From NCBI GenBank assembly GCA_001949185.1, contig BDGG01000001.1:1168652-1232651 (forward strand): a stretch of DNA of 64,000 nt, read 5' to 3'. This DNA comes from Ramazzottius varieornatus. Lineage: Eukaryota; Animalia; Tardigrada. Below are positions 62,689-64,000 of this stretch, piece after piece. Each line of letters starts with the position of its first letter. Within the stretch, counting starts at the first letter, position 1. Both the position numbers and the translations under genes were made by a program. Under the pieces are notes generated by a model. That model was not told the DNA's origin, searched no databases, and worked only from the letters and a program-made list of their open reading frames with translations.

Positions 62689-64000
62689 ATGTTGAAGGCT
62701 GTGCTGTGCTTGGCGGCCCTGGTGGCTTGTGCCAGTGCCCAGTGCGCACCCAACGGAGCCATGGATGTCGAGGTGCCTGCAGGAGGCAAGGCCTACATTC
62801 AGTCGCCCAACTTCGGCAACGGCGACTATCCCAACAACGCCAACTGCCAATGGAACGTCAACTCCCCCAACTCTGCCAAGCTGGCTATCGAGGTCAATTC
62901 TGTCGCTTTCTCGCTAGAGGGTGGCAGCTGCGGCTTCGACTACGTATCCATCTTTCAAGTGAACTCTAATGGAGCCGATGTTCTACTGGGCAAGTTCTGC
63001 GGTGAAGCTGGTCCTCAGCGACTGGTGGCCAGCAGCACCCGAGTGGTACGTGACCTTTCGCCACTGCCTCTCACCAATAGTTATTCCCATCAGATACAGA
63101 CCGCCATAAGTTAATATCCACTTGGCTTTCAGAAAGTTGTGTTCCGCACTGACTCTTCCATTACCAAGCGTGGATTCAACATCAGTTTCTCAGGTAAACA
63201 GCTTCTCAGGCTGCAGCCGAATCGGAAAGCCAAGAGACGGCGCTTAATGTGCTAATGCCTTGCACTACAGATCCCGTCTGCAGCCCTGGCTCCAACTTGT
63301 GCTCAGGAAGCGACTCTGTCTGCATCCGCCCTGACCAATATTGCGATGGTATGTCGTCAACGTTGGGCCGTTGTGATTATATCTAATTCGTTTCCTCTTG
63401 TCGTGACCAGCAAGATGCTGGACGAATGCAGCCTTTATTCTTCCGTTGTCTTCTTGCAGAAACCGAAGACTGTCCTGATGGCTCGGACGAAGGTCCAGGC
63501 TGCTCTGGCGAGTGTGGTACCACCACTATCCCACCCAAGGAAGACAAGAATGCACGAGCTTTCCGCAGTCTCGTTGCCCACCGCGCCATGGGAGCTGGGA
63601 ACCGTATCGTTGGTGGTGTTGAAGCCGAACCTCACTCGCTGCCTTGGCAGGTTGCCATGTTGTCCTCATCCGGCTCGCAGCTTTGCGGAGGTTCGATCGT
63701 AAGTCATCTTTGAACGTACGCTGATGAGATACCGCATTGTTTGAAATAACAGACATTGGACTGTTATTACGGAATCCTTCCATCTAAAATATTATCAATG
63801 ACGTTGCATAAGTCAGCTCAAGAATTGCAGTAACACTCCGTGCTGGAAGACATAGCGTTTCTGACTACGGCAATGGGCTGTACACATAAATGTGAATTTT
63901 GACCGTTACTTGCAGATCAACAGTCAATGGGTGATGACAGCTGCCCATTGTTGCAAGGCTTATGCCCCGACTGCAGCCAACTACAAAGTCCGCGTCGGAG
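62689..64000 (+). CDS. CUB-LDLa-trypsin-like serine protease, copy 2 (runs off the window end)
   Basis: Near-identical to 49448 onward, offset 13,241 bp; splice sites and frame intact through exon 5. Confidence 0.93.

Overview
Compact, intron-rich invertebrate genomic DNA with short GT-AG introns and two 50-N gaps (2201-2250, 33773-33822). The PDF peptide, the CHH/ITP gene and the gene density suggest a non-insect panarthropod, possibly a tardigrade; this is an inference. Genes I spliced by hand, left to right: 3' end of a MyRIP/melanophilin-like gene, an ESE/ELF3-type ETS factor, an intronless His-rich orphan, a carbonyl reductase, GLMP/NCU-G1, two tandem cytochrome b561 genes, a pigment-dispersing factor (PDF) precursor absent from the ORF track, an SRSF3/Rbp1-type SR protein, a CHH/ITP precursor, RFC5, a divergent CUL5, a divergent SMC6, a CUB-LDLa-trypsin gene (two copies plus one scrambled fragment) and an orphan type-I membrane protein. 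Non-coding DNA holds three hAT-type MITEs with 8-bp TSDs, mariner/pogo/piggyBac relics and two families of fixed-spacing inverted repeats found only in introns. Most interesting: (i) those intronic repeat families, (ii) SMC6 with a basic loop and an acidic loop inserted at matching positions on opposite coiled-coil arms, (iii) a cytochrome b561-PDF-ITP neighbourhood, (iv) a MITE whose TSD duplicates an RFC5 splice donor, (v) gene-conversion mosaicism of the protease copies. All family calls come from motif recognition, not database searches.
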